The translations under genes and the position numbers were made by a program. From assembly GCA_964016885.1 (NCBI GenBank), contig OZ024741.1, positions 231,012,001 through 231,076,000 of the forward strand: DNA of 64,000 nucleotides, in the 5' to 3' direction. Shown piece by piece: positions 43,631 through 57,864 of the stretch; positions within the stretch are counted from its first letter, which is position 1; every line of letters starts with the position of its first letter. The DNA comes from Eledone cirrhosa. Lineage: Eukaryota. The notes beneath the pieces were generated by a model, which was not told the DNA's origin, ran no database searches, and saw only the letters and a list, made by a program, of their open reading frames with translations.

Positions 43631-44090
43631 TTATTTGACATTACTCTGGAGTAACCAAACCAACCTGCGCACTTGGTCGAGTGCTCCAATCTGCATACTG
43701 AGGTGTTGGTATACAACCAACATATACTCAAAATTTATATACATACATATATATATGTATGTATATGTTACATATATTCATGTAAGCTCGCAGTAGTAAC
43801 ATTTCGATTTCTACAGGTAAATTATTAATTACCATTTTACATTATGCACTGAGTTCAGTTATTTTTTCCTAATAGAACCGCCGGCGTTGTCTCTGCTCCT
43901 GTCAAACATTGTCTCGTTTGTTCGATCAGTTCTGGAATGATCGCACCAGGTGAATTAAATATTTTATTTGTTCCTTTTTTTCTTCCCAGGTGATCATATT
44001 CTGTAGGGAAATCTGAGGGAAATTATCCACGTATACAGGTAATTTTGCTGTCATCTTCCACGTTTCATCCCTACACACACACCGACACCC

Positions 44091-44133
<43 letters not shown>

Positions 44134-44174
44134 ATATACATATACATGTACAACAAACACACACAGCTTTATAT

Positions 44175-44236
<62 letters not shown>

Positions 44237-44259
44237 AAAGGCGTAATACTTGATTCTTT

Positions 44260-45370
44260 TGACAGTAAGAAAGAGCAATTAGAGGCGTACATTAAAGAGG
44301 AACACAGGGAATCCCGGAAAGTTAACCTGCTGAAGGCAACAGATTTACTATGTGGCTGGAGCAGACCTTTAGACAGGAGGAGAGTAACTTGGTGATGGAA
44401 GAGTAGGGTAGATGAGACAGTCAAGGCCAAATGGCAGGCTTGGAAAGAATTGCGTGTTGGGGGAAAGATCAGGTGGCTAGGGGAGATTCTATGCAAAAAT
44501 AGCAAGTTCAAGTATGTTCTACAACGCGAAGACCAAAAGCGTAAGTTCTTCAGTATTGCAAGTTAATATATCAAGGATAATTGTGATATTGTCGGGGAAA
44601 GGGTGTCTGTAATGATGATGGTGTGCTCGCCCTCACTAAAAACTTATAAAAGGTTAGCTTGGAAGTGTCACTACTAGAAACTATTAAACGAGGAAAATGA
44701 ATGGGATAAAGATAGTCTACGTCAAGTTGATCGAACAGAGGGACCAGCTGTGAAAGTGAGTGATAGTATAGTAAGTAAGGCAATCAGAGATATGAAGACA
44801 GGCAAGGCATCTAGGCCTTTGGAGATTTGGAAAGCACCTAGAACGGTGCTTCTTTAGACATAGTAGATATTTTCCATTACCTGAGTGATCAAATCAACAG
44901 CGGAGGAGAGTGTCCTGAAAGTACAGAAGACAGAGATATAACGGGACTGTTTCCGCTGTTGACCACAAAATGTTCCCTCTAAAAATGAAAGGCAGGTTTA
45001 TCATACTTGTATACGACCAGCAATGTTACATGGTAGGGAGACCTGGACCTTGTGTGCAGAAGATCTGCGCAGATTGGAAAGAAACTAAACATGCATGCTC
45101 CGATGGATGTGTAATCGTAATATAAACGAACGGCAAAACGTAAACGAAGTGAGAAATTAGGCATAAGAGAGATCAGATGCCGTTTACCAGAGAGAAAATT
45201 ACGTTCGTATGGTTATGTGATGCGTATGAAGGGCGACAAAATTGATGGAAGCTACGGAGTAGGCAGACACAGAGTGTGCTGGACGAGGTGATAAAATCTG
45301 ACCCTGGACACTTCTACCTCTCTAAGACAATGTCATAATATCGAGTTATTTGGCTCTATACAGTAATGCA
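44260..45370 (+). mobile_element. Decayed RTE-like LINE fragment
   Basis: Paralogue of 33150-33980, extending to C-terminal-like motifs (REKLGIR, KLRSYGYVMRM). Confidence 0.6.
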
Positions 45371-45653
45371 GAAGGCACCTCTTAATTAAATATTCACTCC
45401 ACACTGCCTACACATTCCCCCCACTTCCTTGCAGACCACCCTTTCCTGTAAAGTTATGTTGGGAACACAAAACATCCAACCCACACAGTAAATGTAGTTG
45501 GCGTTAAGAAGGGCGACCAGTTGTAGAAAGCCAGCCAAAAACAGTCCTATACGGGCAAGACACTCTCACCTGACCCAACTTGCCTCAAGTGGGACAGACT
45601 CGTGTAACCCATGCTAGCATGGAAGATAGACGTTAAACGATTATGATGATGAT

Positions 45654-45783
<130 letters not shown>

Positions 45784-46434
45784 AGAGAGAGAAGGGGTGA
45801 AAGAAAGAGGAAAAGAGTGCAAGAGAACGACAAAGAGGGAGTGCTTGGAGAGAGAAGATAAAAACTGTGTCCGTTCTATATTTTTCAACTTCAAGGGAAG
45901 TTGACATCTACCCCATAGTGCAGTGAATTCGAAGCCATTATGCCTTAATCACGCAACTCTTTTCTGATTCGTAGAGAATTTTGTAGAATATTTCACATGT
46001 TTCCCAGCGAAATAATTTGATATTTGGTGAAGAAGATTGGTAACCTGTGTGTCAATGGCATGAGTGGATTCAACAGCAACCGTTGCGAAATAAAATGTCT
46101 TTTATTTCTGTAAGCAATGAATATTTATCTAAATATTGATTCTGACAATTTTTCTGTTACATTCATATTATTTCATATAATTTGGTTTTGCAGGCCCTCA
46201 GAGATCGATGAAGTATATGTCTTGCATAGCTGCATATATTGAACCGTTTAAATTAAGAACACCTCAATTTTGATGACTGTTACCACTGTCTTACCTTCCT
46301 CCCCATACTTCCCCTCACTCTCAGCTGCCACATATACCATGAAAATGCATATGAGCACTACATGCCACTTACTATCTAAATAAACAAACAATAAGATACA
46401 TGAATGAATAAATAAATAAAACAAAATTAGTATA

Positions 46435-47620
46435 CGAGCAGCAGCCGAGGAGATATGCAACGTCAAGTTTGACGACATAGGGTGGCAACAGGCAACTTTA
46501 CATGTCAGGTACGGCGGCTTTGGCCTCACGTCCCCGATCTCACTAGGTTTGCCAGCGTATCTTTCGTCGGTAACCTCGTGCCGCGTCTTTGTCAGCAGGG
46601 TTCTTCAAAACACAGCAGAAGTCTCTGTGTTCAAAGAACGTGAGGCCGCCTGGGAGACGTGGGACCGGCTGGGACTTAGGCCAGTAGATGTCCCTCCTCT
46701 TTATCGCCCTGTTGACGTCAAGTCGCCCCAACGCATTTGGGATGCCATCCAGTGCAGCCACGCTTCAAACAGGCTCACGCGACAGCTCGACTAGGACCGC
46801 CTTGCTTGTTTTCGTGCGGCCTCCAAACCCTACAGTGGTTCCTGGCTCCATGCCCTGCCTCCCTTCTCCACTGGCACGCAGCTAGACAACCATAGCCTGC
46901 GCATCGGCGTTTCCCTGAGCCTCGGCCTCCGGATTTGCCAGCCACACCAATGTCGCTGTGGTTCCACCGTGGACACTTTCAGCCTCCACCGCTTTCCTGT
47001 CGTCACAGTGCCGGCCGGATTCCACGCCATGCTGCCCTCAACTGATCATTAAGCATGGCTTGGACGCTGCAGGCTTCCCTTCCCAGCTCGAGCCGTTGGG
47101 GCTGGATCGAGGGGACGGCAAAAGGCCAGATGGCATGACCATCTTCCCGTTCCGCGGTGGCAAACCGCTCGTCTGGGATGCCACTTGCACCGACACTTTC
47201 TGCAGCCGCAACCTGGTGCACTCTGCGACTGACCCAGGTTCTGCTGCACGTCGGGCTGAGGAGGCCAAACTCCTCAAATACCGGTCGCTCTCCGACAGAT
47301 TTGCGGTCGTAAGCCTGGCAGTGGAGACTTCCGGTGTCCTCGGCCCCAGGGCTACCTCCTTACTCACCACCATAGGCGCTGAGCTGGTCAGCCGCAGGTG
47401 TGAGCACGCGAGTTGGAGTGGCTTTTCAAACGAGTCTCCCTTGCCGTCCCCCGAGGAAACGCGTTCTCCACCCTGTCCGCCAGGGCTGTGGGTGGGCCCC
47501 ATCGCGTATCGTTGTAGTTGTCGTATACAGATATTAACTCATCAATCCCATTGTCCTAATCCAAAAGTTCTTATTTATACGGAGTTATTGCATTTAAACA
47601 CGCACACATATTAGCAAACA
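46435..47620 (+). mobile_element. CRE-clade non-LTR retrotransposon 3' part (RLE endonuclease)
   Basis: WQQATLHVRYGGFGL..LPAYLSS; SGSWLHALP; CRCG; LEPLGLDRGDGKRPDGMTIFPFRGGKPLVWDATCTDT..AEEAKLLKY..AVETSGVLG. GC-rich and absent from duplication copy A. Confidence 0.85.
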
Positions 47621-48844
47621 TATATACGCGTAAACATATTGCCAAATGAATTCCAATCCTAAATAGTTCGTGAGCAATATATTAACAGTTAATAAAATGG
47701 GAAAACACGACGTCTCGTGACACTGAACGTGTACAATTATTCCGTTAGCATCGTCATAATGATGAACGCTTTTCCGATAACAAGTTTCAGATAATGGAAA
47801 GCAGCTTCATTTTCTAACTTTCGATTTAAAGTGTGTTAACTCGCCTTGCAATGCCACCGTATTCTATTGCTGGAATTATTATTTTATTCACATTGCAGTC
47901 AACTTCAGCCGACGGTAAGTAATAACATCCTTGCTATCTTATTTACATATTAAATGGTTTGTTTGTCTGTCTCTCATGAAATGATTTACCCTCATTTTTA
48001 TTAAATACGAAAAGCATGGAAAAAATATAATGTTGGGGGGGGGGGGGGGGGCATTAAATTCTACCATTGTAACGACTGAAACACCATCAAAGAGCAAGAC
48101 TATGTGTATGTTCACACACGCACACACGCACACACACACAACATATATATATATATATAAATATATATATGTATATATTTGCGGACTGTGTCTAAAAGTT
48201 ATTATAGCCACGAGATAAAGTGGGCCCATCCATATATAGAATGCTATCCGTTAATTTTTATATTGAATAAATAACATTTTCAAAAAATACATAAGGGAAA
48301 ACAAAAGAATGCAACTAAATTTTTGCGGGAAAAAATGTGTATTTTTTATTAAATAAAGTGTATATATACAGTACATATTACTGACAGTATGCAGTAATAC
48401 TAATTGTTAATACATAATGTTTTAATGGAATTTTTAAATAATTGTGAATGTATAGTATACTGTTATTTAGAGTAGAGTTTGCAAGTGATCGTTGTTATCT
48501 TCTCCAATAAAAAGTATACACATACAGAGGCATTCAATAATGAACTTTGTTCTTTCACACTCACTCAATATATATATATATGGAAGTCTATGTATGTGTG
48601 TACATGTACATGTGTATATATAGTTTTATATATATGTATGCATACATGTTTTCCACTTGTACAAACATGATTTGGCGACTCATTCTCCATGGGGAATTTA
48701 GACTGAAGAACACACCACAACTTGATTTTACGTCTTTAGCCCATTGATATAAAAAATCATTTGGCCAGCAGCTCACGTGTATGTGTAAGTATATATATAT
48801 ATATATATGTAAGTGTATACATACTATCTATATAACTATATATA

Positions 48845-48918
<74 letters not shown>

Positions 48919-49534
48919 TTATATTTATATATTTATATATATTTATATTTATATATATATGTGTAAGGTGTTTGATGAAAGGAAGGGCATCCAATTGTAG
49001 AAACCATGCCAAAAAGGGTTCAGAGGACTTTAGTTGTGTGTCAAGGAACTTATCTAGTGTTGGTGAGACAATAAACGCACCCAATACACATTGTAAAGTT
49101 GTTTGATAGGAAAGACATCCAGTCATAGAAAGTTTGCCAATCTAAGGGTAGAGAGAATTCTTCAGTTGTGTCAAAGACGTGGCAACCTCCCTAATGTAGT
49201 GCTGCGATCAAAAGCACCTGATTAAATACTGAATGTGTCTGTGATGACCTGTGCAACTCTTGTTAGCTTGGAAAAATGGACATTAAATGGTAATGATGAT
49301 ATGACTATATATATATATATAATATATATATATAAGGTGATGACACACGACCGTGACCTCTGGCATCATGCAGTAATACAGACCCCCCCCCCCACGGGTA
49401 CAAACCGAAGCTGGAGTATATAGACAATATGCCCCCACATCCTCGTGGAGATGACAAAGCAAAAAAGCAACAAGCCCACACTGTTAAGTGGACGTGTAGG
49501 CGCCACGGAAAAAAAGCACCCAGCACTCACTGTA

Positions 49535-49695
49535 AATGAGGTTGGTGTTAGGAAGGGCATCCAGCTGTAGAAATCAAGCCAGAATCAGTTCCCGTATGAG
49601 CAAGACAAGGTCAGCCGACCGGACACTGCCCACAACAGGACAACCCGTCTAACCCATGCTAGCGTGGAAGAACGGACGTAAAATGATGATGATGA
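49535..49695 (+). mobile_element. SINE/RTE-type 3' tail repeat
   Basis: ggttggtgttaggaagggcatccagctgtagaaa...aacccatgctagcgtggaagaacggacgtaaaatgatgatg. Relatives at 34130-34250, 45495-45650 and 48965-49300. Confidence 0.7.
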
Positions 49696-49804
49696 TATAT
49701 ATATTGTGTGTCATTAAGTATGAACTTTGTAGACGTTCTGTTTTTTCTACAAATTTTTCTACAAATTTCATACTTAACCCTCAATATATATATATATCAA
49801 TACC

Positions 49805-50604
49805 TAATAGTCTTTTTTGTTTCGTTGCTTTGCTTTCATGTGGCTGGGCTCACCTGTCCCAGTTTTCAATTTGTCAAGCTATCTAACGTATGTTAATATT
49901 CTAAGGTGACACAACCTTATCGAGTGCTTAGCTGTACATTCCTAATTGTATATCGTTAGTTTGGCCACAACCAAAACTTCGATTTTTCTAAACTTCCATT
50001 TGTATTATCTCCTGGATCGAATAATTAATTAATTTAATTATACAATTCTATTGATTTGTTAATTATTTATTTTTGTTTAATAACGTTTAGTCGAGAGCTT
50101 CGGTTTTTGGAATGGAATTAATTCCTTTGTTCACACTTTGAATTTGCCCTCCAAAAAATCGGGGGTTACTTCCCTTTGGGGAAAAAAGCACGTGATAGTG
50201 ACTGATACCATCGCCAGTGGTTTATTACTACTCTTCACTCCAGTTCGCGGCACAGAACGGAAACCTGTTGATAACGTGATTCCACAGTTCGGCCATCGAA
50301 TACCACAAATTTGCATACTGCACAGAAGGATTGTTGATTTTGAATTCAGAGAAACCTATCGGAGATATTGTTTAATATCGATCGAGATGGTCCAGGTTTG
50401 TTATCAAGACCTGATTGATTTTTTCATTGCTTTGGTTTCATGTGGCTGGGTTCACCTGTCGCAGGTTTCAATTTGTCAAGCTGTCTAACGTATGTTATTA
50501 CTCTAAGGTGACACAACCTTATCGAGTGCTTTCCTGCACATTCCTAATTGTATATCGTTAGCCTGGCCACAGCCAAAATTTCGATTTTACTAAACTTCCA
50601 TTTG

Positions 50605-50605
<1 letters not shown>
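49805..50605 (+). repeat. ~190-bp direct repeat (49815-50005 / 50420-50605)
   Basis: ttgcttt..tttcatgtggctggg..cacctgtc..ctaaggtgacacaaccttatcgagtgct..aaacttccatttgta occurs twice. Confidence 0.8.
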
Positions 50606-50684
<79 letters not shown>

Positions 50685-50961
50685 CACAAACATATGTATA
50701 TCCAGGTATGTATGCATGCATTTATGTACACTACACAATAAGCGTGTGATTCTAGCTGTTATGGTTTAGGAAATGTTTTGACCAAATGCTTTGCTCATTT
50801 GTTTAATTATAATTTGTTTTAAAATTAATCTTTCTCTCAGACATTTTTCCCTAAAATACTACACTGGGCTCCTACAATACTACTGTGGGCCCCTGCAGTG
50901 CTACTGTAGCCCCGCCAGGGCCCACTTACCATTGGGCAACATGGCAAACTGGCCAGTCCGC

Positions 50962-51015
<54 letters not shown>

Positions 51016-51477
51016 ACATTAGCTGTCTTCTGTGGATCACAAAGTTTCGCATGTCTGTAATGCATTCAAAACGTTAGTGATCCACAGAAGACAGCCGATG
51101 TGCGGGAATTGTCCTTGAGTTTGTGGGTTCCGTTTTTTCACCCATGATATTTAAGAAATATTTATTGGTAACCACACATCCACTCTATTTTAATTCTACA
51201 TTAAATATATATATATATTTTATAAAGTACAATATAGAGAAGAAAAAATACAGGGGAGTGTATTTTCATTTTAAGCTATCCTTTTAATTATGATGTATTT
51301 CCCAAACCTATCATAGTTTATGTTTTCAACGCTAGTGGTCTGATACCGACTGGAAATGAAAACACACATTCCTATATTTGTCTGCTCTATATTGTATTTT
51401 GAAGTGCCCAGGATTGTTTTCTTTAAGCTCATTAACTTACAGATATAAACGTGAGTCCTTTACTCCGTAGCTTTACT

Positions 51478-51534
<57 letters not shown>

Positions 51535-51739
51535 AAATATGCACATTTATTTTCTTCTTAGTCCGTAGATATTAACTACACAAATAATCAATTAAACGGA
51601 GTTAAGTCTAAAATGTAAGTTTGAAGAAAAAAAATATAAATGTTACCAAAAATTCTCTCCGTCCCGATTATCGATAATTTCGCTCATACTTTGTGGAAAT
51701 GTCTAATCGTTGCATTATCCATGTATATATATATATATA

Positions 51740-52279
51740 TGAAAAAATGAACGAAATTTCATTTCTCACTCTTAGTACGGTTGTTATTTAAATATAAGTA
51801 TGAATACGTACATACATATATGTATACAGACGTACAGTAGTATGTATATATATACATAAATTCACACATATATTTATGTACGTATGGATTTACCGAACAT
51901 TTATTACAATTTGTAAACAAACATCCCGAATTAAGCCGTACAGTGTTTAGCAACCATCGTTGTCGTTTTGTTCAACACTGACAAAGGAACGATGTACTAG
52001 TTTCAAGCTTATTAGCTATAGTCAACACCGTATATCTTCCTGCCAGATGATTGAACGTCTGAAAGTATATACTTTCTATATGCATATTAACGGCTAAGCA
52101 GCCTAATTTGCATATTGAGTGTGTTAATCGGCCGGGCGCACCGAATACGATAAATGGAAAAAATGAAACGAAATGTCATTTCTCTTTCTTAGTACGGGTG
52201 TTACTTAAATATAAGTATGTATACGTACATACATATATGTATACAGACGTACAGAATTATGTATATATATACATATATG

Positions 52280-52318
<39 letters not shown>

Positions 52319-53709
52319 GGATTTACTGAAAATGTATTACAAGGATCGGTTGGTTTATAAACAAACATCCCGAATTAATCCGTACAGTAGTTTAGCAACC
52401 ATCGTGGCCCTTTTGTTACACACTGACAAAGGAAAGGTGTACTAGTTTCAAGCTTATTAGCTATTGCCAGCACCGTATACCTTCCTGCCATTTGAAAGTA
52501 TATACTTTCCTTATGCATATTAACGGCTGAGCAGCCTAATTTGCATATCGAGTGAGTTAATCGGCCGGGCGCACCGAAAACGATAATAGGAAAAAATGAA
52601 ACGAAATTTCATTTTTCATTCTTAGTACGGCTGTTATTTAAATATAAGTATGTATACGTACATATATATATGGATACAGACGTACTGTAGTATGTATATA
52701 TATACATAAATACACACACATATATATACGTATGGATTTACCGAGCATTTATTACAATGCTCGGTTTGTTTGTAAAAAAACATCCCGAATATGCTGACGA
52801 TAGCTCATAAGCTTGAAACTAGTAGAACGTTCCTTTGTCAGTGTTGAACCAAGTGGCAACGATGGTTGCTAAACACTGTACGGCTTAATTCGGGATGTTT
52901 GTTTACTAACAAACCGAGCAATGTAATAAATGTTCGGTAAATCCATACGTACATATATATATAGGCCGGTCAGCCGTTAATATTTATGAGGAAAGTATAT
53001 ACATTCAGACGTTCAATTATTTGGCAGGAAGGTACACGGTGATGTCGAAAGCTAATAAGTTTGAAACTAGTACATCGTTCCTTTGAACAAAAGGGCAACG
53101 ATGGTTACTAAACACTGTACGGCTTAATTCGGGATGTTTGTTAGCAAACAAACCCAGTATTGTAATACATTTTTGGTAAATCCATACGTACATATATATA
53201 TATATATATGTGTGCATGTATGTATATATATACATACTTCTGTACGTCTGTATACATATATGTATGTACGTATATATATTTATATTTAAGTAACCGTCGT
53301 ACTAAGAGTGAGAAATGAAATTTCGTTTCATTTTATTTCCATTTATCGTTTTCGGTGCGCCCGCCGATTATCTCACGCGGTATGCATATTAGGCTGCTCA
53401 GACGTTAATATACATAAGGAAAGTATATACTTTCAGACTTTCAATCATCTGGCAGGAAGGTATATGGTGCTGACGATAGCTAATAAGATTGAAACTAGTA
53501 CATCGTTCCTTTATCAGTGTTGAACAAAAGGGCAACGATGGTCGCTAAAGACTGTACGGCTTAATTCGGGATGTTTCTTTACCAACAAACCGAGTATTAT
53601 AATAAATGTTCTGCAAATCCATACGTACATATATATATATGTGTGCATGTATGTATATATATATAGATACTACTGTACGGCTGTATACATATATGTATGT
53701 ACGTATACA

Positions 53710-53720
<11 letters not shown>
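51740..53720. mobile_element. Minimal-HHR tandem/inverted array (family G, ~420-430-bp unit, five HHR copies)
   Basis: Minus-sense HHRs at 51989-52031 and 52435-52476; plus-sense at 52791-52830, 53036-53078 and 53464-53506. Inversion near 52790; (TA)n flanks. Confidence 0.85.
53464..53506 (+). ncRNA. Minimal type I hammerhead (family G), intact core
   Basis: ATGGTG CTGACGA TAGCTAATAAGATT GAAAC-TA-GTA CATCGT. Confidence 0.7.
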
Positions 53721-53748
<28 letters not shown>

Positions 53749-54159
53749 GAAATGACTTCTACTGTTTCATTTGAAGGAAATCATTAGGAAAGCCGACTGC
53801 TAATGTGTTCTGGTGGTATTTATACATTTTCTCGTGGTAGGGAAAGGTGGCGATCGGGATGAGTGGAGGTCATTGGCTGATGGATTTAAAGAAAGGGGAT
53901 TCGTTGAAAAAACTATACTTAAAGAAAAAATATACTTAGATAAAATACAGGGGTATACAAAGGCAGGCACTCCTTTCTTTTCACGGTTCAATTATGCTTA
54001 GAGACAAAAGAAGTGCCTATATTAATATGCTGTCTACAGAATAGTCAGGTCTTTACAATAACACGCTGACACACGTGCACACACACACACACACACACAC
54101 ACAGGCACACCTACATGTTTAAATATGCATACATAAATACAAACATACATATATATATG

Positions 54160-54191
<32 letters not shown>

Positions 54192-54754
54192 GACACACAC
54201 ACAAATATATATCATTATCTGTAAAATGCAGATTGTTGTTGTTGTGTGTGTGCATGTTCCATGTTTATACATCTGCACAATTTCAAACCGATTCAACTCA
54301 AAGTCTGTAAGAATGTTGTAAATGGTCGAACGTAGGTTGACGACTATTTATTTCATTCAAACTCATCCACAAATACGGAAATAATCGATAAAACTAAATA
54401 CATGATACTTGACCCCTCTAATTCAATCAGATTTTCTCTCTCTACTCACCTTAAAATTCGATAAAACTACATACATGCTTACAAACTTCCTTTAGGAACG
54501 CCGAAGAGAGAGACAAGAGAGGGAGAGGGAGAGAGAGAGAGAAAGTTTGTTTTTGAGTGTGGAACGGTCAAACATTTATTTACTTCAATGACAAAGAGAA
54601 CTTATTACATTTCATACGAAACAACAATTCTTCAAAAACAACAGATAAATGTATTCAATAACAAAAAAATAGCGATAAATCTGTTTTAAAACCTCTCAAC
54701 GAACGTGGAAGAGTGGAAGAAAGAAGTCTCAGTTTATTTACTATACACAATAAT

Positions 54755-54940
54755 ATCCTCTATGAGGTCACTAAACCTGCTAGAAACAGCAGCTAACTCT
54801 CCCCCATATCACACCACTCCCTACTGTCTTAAATTTAGAAAACACATATCCTCTATGAGGTCACTAAACCTGCTATAACCAGCAGCTAACTCTCCACCAT
54901 ATCACACCACTCCCTACTGTCTTAAATTTAGAAAACACAC
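54755..54940 (+). repeat. 92-bp tandem duplication of a SINE-like fragment
   Basis: tcctctatgaggtcactaaacctgcta...ctactgtcttaaatttagaaaacaca occurs twice. Confidence 0.85.
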
Positions 54941-55178
54941 ATTAGACAACCATGCAGAACAACTCCATCGCAGCTCTGTTGTTCGGCTGGCATCGTCTAC
55001 GCGCGTGTTGCGCAATTACTGTGAAACCATAAAAATTCAACACTTCTTTGCACGGAGATAATATCCATAGGCGAAACTACAATTGTCCAGGTCTGCAATT
55101 CATTCACCCAGTGCCTGGCATGCAAAAAAAGTGCTGCCATAAAATGGGTGGTGCAACCTAACTTTGGTAACTTACTGA

Positions 55179-55207
55179 CCCCGAGCAACGCCGGGCTTTA
55201 ATGCTAG
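55179..55207 (+). mobile_element. Helitron 3' terminus
   Basis: CCCCGAGCAACGCCGGG hairpin plus CTAG|T, same as the element at 12058. Confidence 0.7.
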
Positions 55208-55220
55208 TATATATATATGT

Positions 55221-55648
55221 ATTATAAAATAACAGGAGGCTGGACTGGTGTAATTCCTTAAATGGTTTATTATACTATGATCATTTCAATGACCTTGTTC
55301 AGTATGAATCCGGTGACATCATTAGGTATTCGAAATATAACAAAGGAATATAATAGTCAAAATCCATGGGGCTGAAAAATCAGAGACATGAGGGTGACCG
55401 AACATTTAGCACTTCTACCTCGGTCGGCCGCCCTCATGTGGTAGACCGAGGTAGAAGTGCTAAATGTTCGGTCGCCCTCATGTCTCTGATTTTTCAGCCC
55501 CATGGATTTTGTCTATTATATTCCTTTGTTATATTTCGAATACCTGATGATGTCACCGGATTCATACTGAACAAGGTCATTGAAATGATCATAGTATAAT
55601 AAATCTTTTAAGGAATTACACCAGTCCAGCCTCCTTTTATTTTATAAT
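55221..55648. mobile_element. ~430-bp palindromic HHR cassette
   Basis: Arms ~55221-55405 and 55443-55648 are near-perfect inverses, each with an outward-facing HHR. Confidence 0.85.
55540..55597 (+). ncRNA. Type I hammerhead (family J)
   Basis: ATAC CTGATGA [imperfect stem II] GAAA-TGATCA-TA GTAT AATAAA. The mirror copy at 55272-55329 has CTAATGA. Confidence 0.65.
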
Positions 55649-55795
55649 AATTAACTCCGTACTCGCACCACCAACTACACAAACGGAGACGGGTATGTTG
55701 CATTACGTTGTGTGCTCTCCATAATATTACATCAAGTTGACCATACGGAATGACCATTTCTATCCAGTGGTGAACCAACAATCCTAAATAAATAA

Positions 55796-55844
<49 letters not shown>

Positions 55845-55890
55845 GGAATACTGTTGGCTTCTTGCTACAATCATTTCTATACTTTTCATT

Positions 55891-55923
<33 letters not shown>

Positions 55924-55959
55924 GTTTATATATAAATATATGCATATACATACATACAG

Positions 55960-56042
<83 letters not shown>

Positions 56043-56469
56043 TATACACACATACACATATATGTACATATTCTTCCATAGAATATATATTTGGTATATA
56101 CACACAGTAAACCAATATATGGTTCCTGCCCTCTCAATATAAACACATGGATGTAAACACAAATATAGATTCAATGATGTATTCCAACACTACTGAGTGC
56201 AGAAATATAGTAGTTGGGTTCTCATTAAATGTTTTCGGTCGCGATGAATCTGGAGATCCTTAGAGTGATACAAGTTTACAGTAGACTAGCAGAAAAACCG
56301 CCCCGTGCGGTTTTCTGCTAGCATATGTAGTGTGCATATTGGTATTATACGCAAATATATATATGCAAATTGAAAAGTAAATTGACAATATCTTCTTCTT
56401 CGCTCACCTATTTCTGAGAGGGTCGTGGGGGCAGAGTCCTTCTCAAACATTCCTTCCAGCGAGTCTGTC

Positions 56470-57035
56470 AGTAGCAAACATCTCTAACTGATCCAGCTGG
56501 ATCTCAAAGTATGACCAGCCAACCTCATGGATGTTATCCAACTACCTTCCTCAGGGTCTACCTCTGGGTCTCTTGCCGGTTGGTTTTGCCTATAAAATGT
56601 GTCCAGCGATTCTTTACTGAGACATTCTAACCACATGCTCATAATATCGGAGTTGTGATCACTCAATTCGGAGAAGTAGCGGCTCTACCAGGAGTGACTC
56701 TCTGGTTTCTGAGCTATGCACTTTATCGAGTAACGTTACTCCAAAACCCTTCGGAAGAATCCCATTTCTGCCGCTTTTATTTGCAATTGCATTCTTTTGG
56801 TCATTACTCAAGATTCATGATCCTCGGTAAGAGTTGGCAGGAATACCAGGAAGACAGCGAGTTTGGCTTTTACATCTATCTCCTTCTTCTGATTGCTAAA
56901 TGCTGAGGCTGACGCATTACTGCATCAGCTTTTGCTATTCTTCCACTTAATTCAGCCTCCTGCATTCCACCACTCATGAACACGGCTCCAAGATACTTGA
57001 ACTTCTTTAACTGCTTCAGTAGAACCCCATTCACA
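56470..57035 (-). mobile_element. RTE-clade LINE 3' fragment
   Basis: LKQLKKFKYLGAVFMSGGMQEAELSGRIAKADAVMRQ; homologous to 735-1140. Confidence 0.75.
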
Positions 57036-57264
57036 TGTATATAAGTTTGAGGGACTTCTGTCCACCCGTCCATCACGCATTGTGTATGTGTGTTTGTATG
57101 AATGTATGTGTGTGTAAAAGGAAGGAAAGGCATACACACATATATGTCTCTAACGTAAAAACAGTGACACACACACACGTCTCTAATTTAAGAACACTGA
57201 CAAACTCCCGCGCGTGCACATACACACACTGATTATTACCACTTAAGAACTTTGGCCGGAGCAA

Positions 57265-57490
57265 ACACCCCTCAATTTTGGAACCGTCTGGGTTGTCCAG
57301 AATTGATGGGAAAAGACTTGACGGTCTTACTCTGTGCTCCTGGTCAAGAGGCAGTGCCTTATCTGGGACGTTACAGTTAGTGCCTCTTTTGCTTCTTCCC
57401 ACATCCTGGATGCAGCGGTAAGGGCTACAGCATCCGCAGCTGAATGGAACACAATCCTAAAATACCGTGTTCTATTAGCTAACTACATTA
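57265..57490 (+). mobile_element. CRE-clade RLE fragment
   Basis: [35 protein letters not shown], homologous to 47070-47190. Confidence 0.7.
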
Positions 57491-57864
57491 TCAAGCCTAT
57501 GTTGTCTTAAATGCGTGCATCACCTGCTTGTGTATTATTTCTCTTTCTTCTTTTCATTTTCCTTTCCTTTCTATATATTATATTTGTTTGTGTTTTCGTT
57601 CTGTAAGCATTGTATTAAATTTTAATACAAATGAGTTTTTTGTTTTTTTTAATGTGTCAATGCTGTTAATAAATAAATAAAAAGTTGTACTTTATTTTAC
57701 CCTACCATTTCCAATTCACCGAACGCTATTATGACCGTATGTGTGTGTTTGTGTAAATGTATGTGTGTGAATGTGTGTTTGTGTAAACCTATGTGTGAAA
57801 TTATGTGTATTTATCTGAATTTATGTCAATGAGCGTTTTTTTAATGTTTGTGTTTGCACCATTA

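Noticed and set aside
50131-50488. ORFs 50138-50488 (+) and 50131-50316 (-) as a gene or Tc1/mariner piece
   Set aside because: No convincing motif or splice structure.
51740-53720. Repeat arrays as CRISPR
   Set aside because: Units are over 400 bp with no unique spacers, in eukaryotic DNA with no cas genes.
54755-54800. CTATGAGGTCAC...GAAACAGC as a hammerhead
   Set aside because: Core and stems do not fit; it looks like a common SINE-domain fragment.
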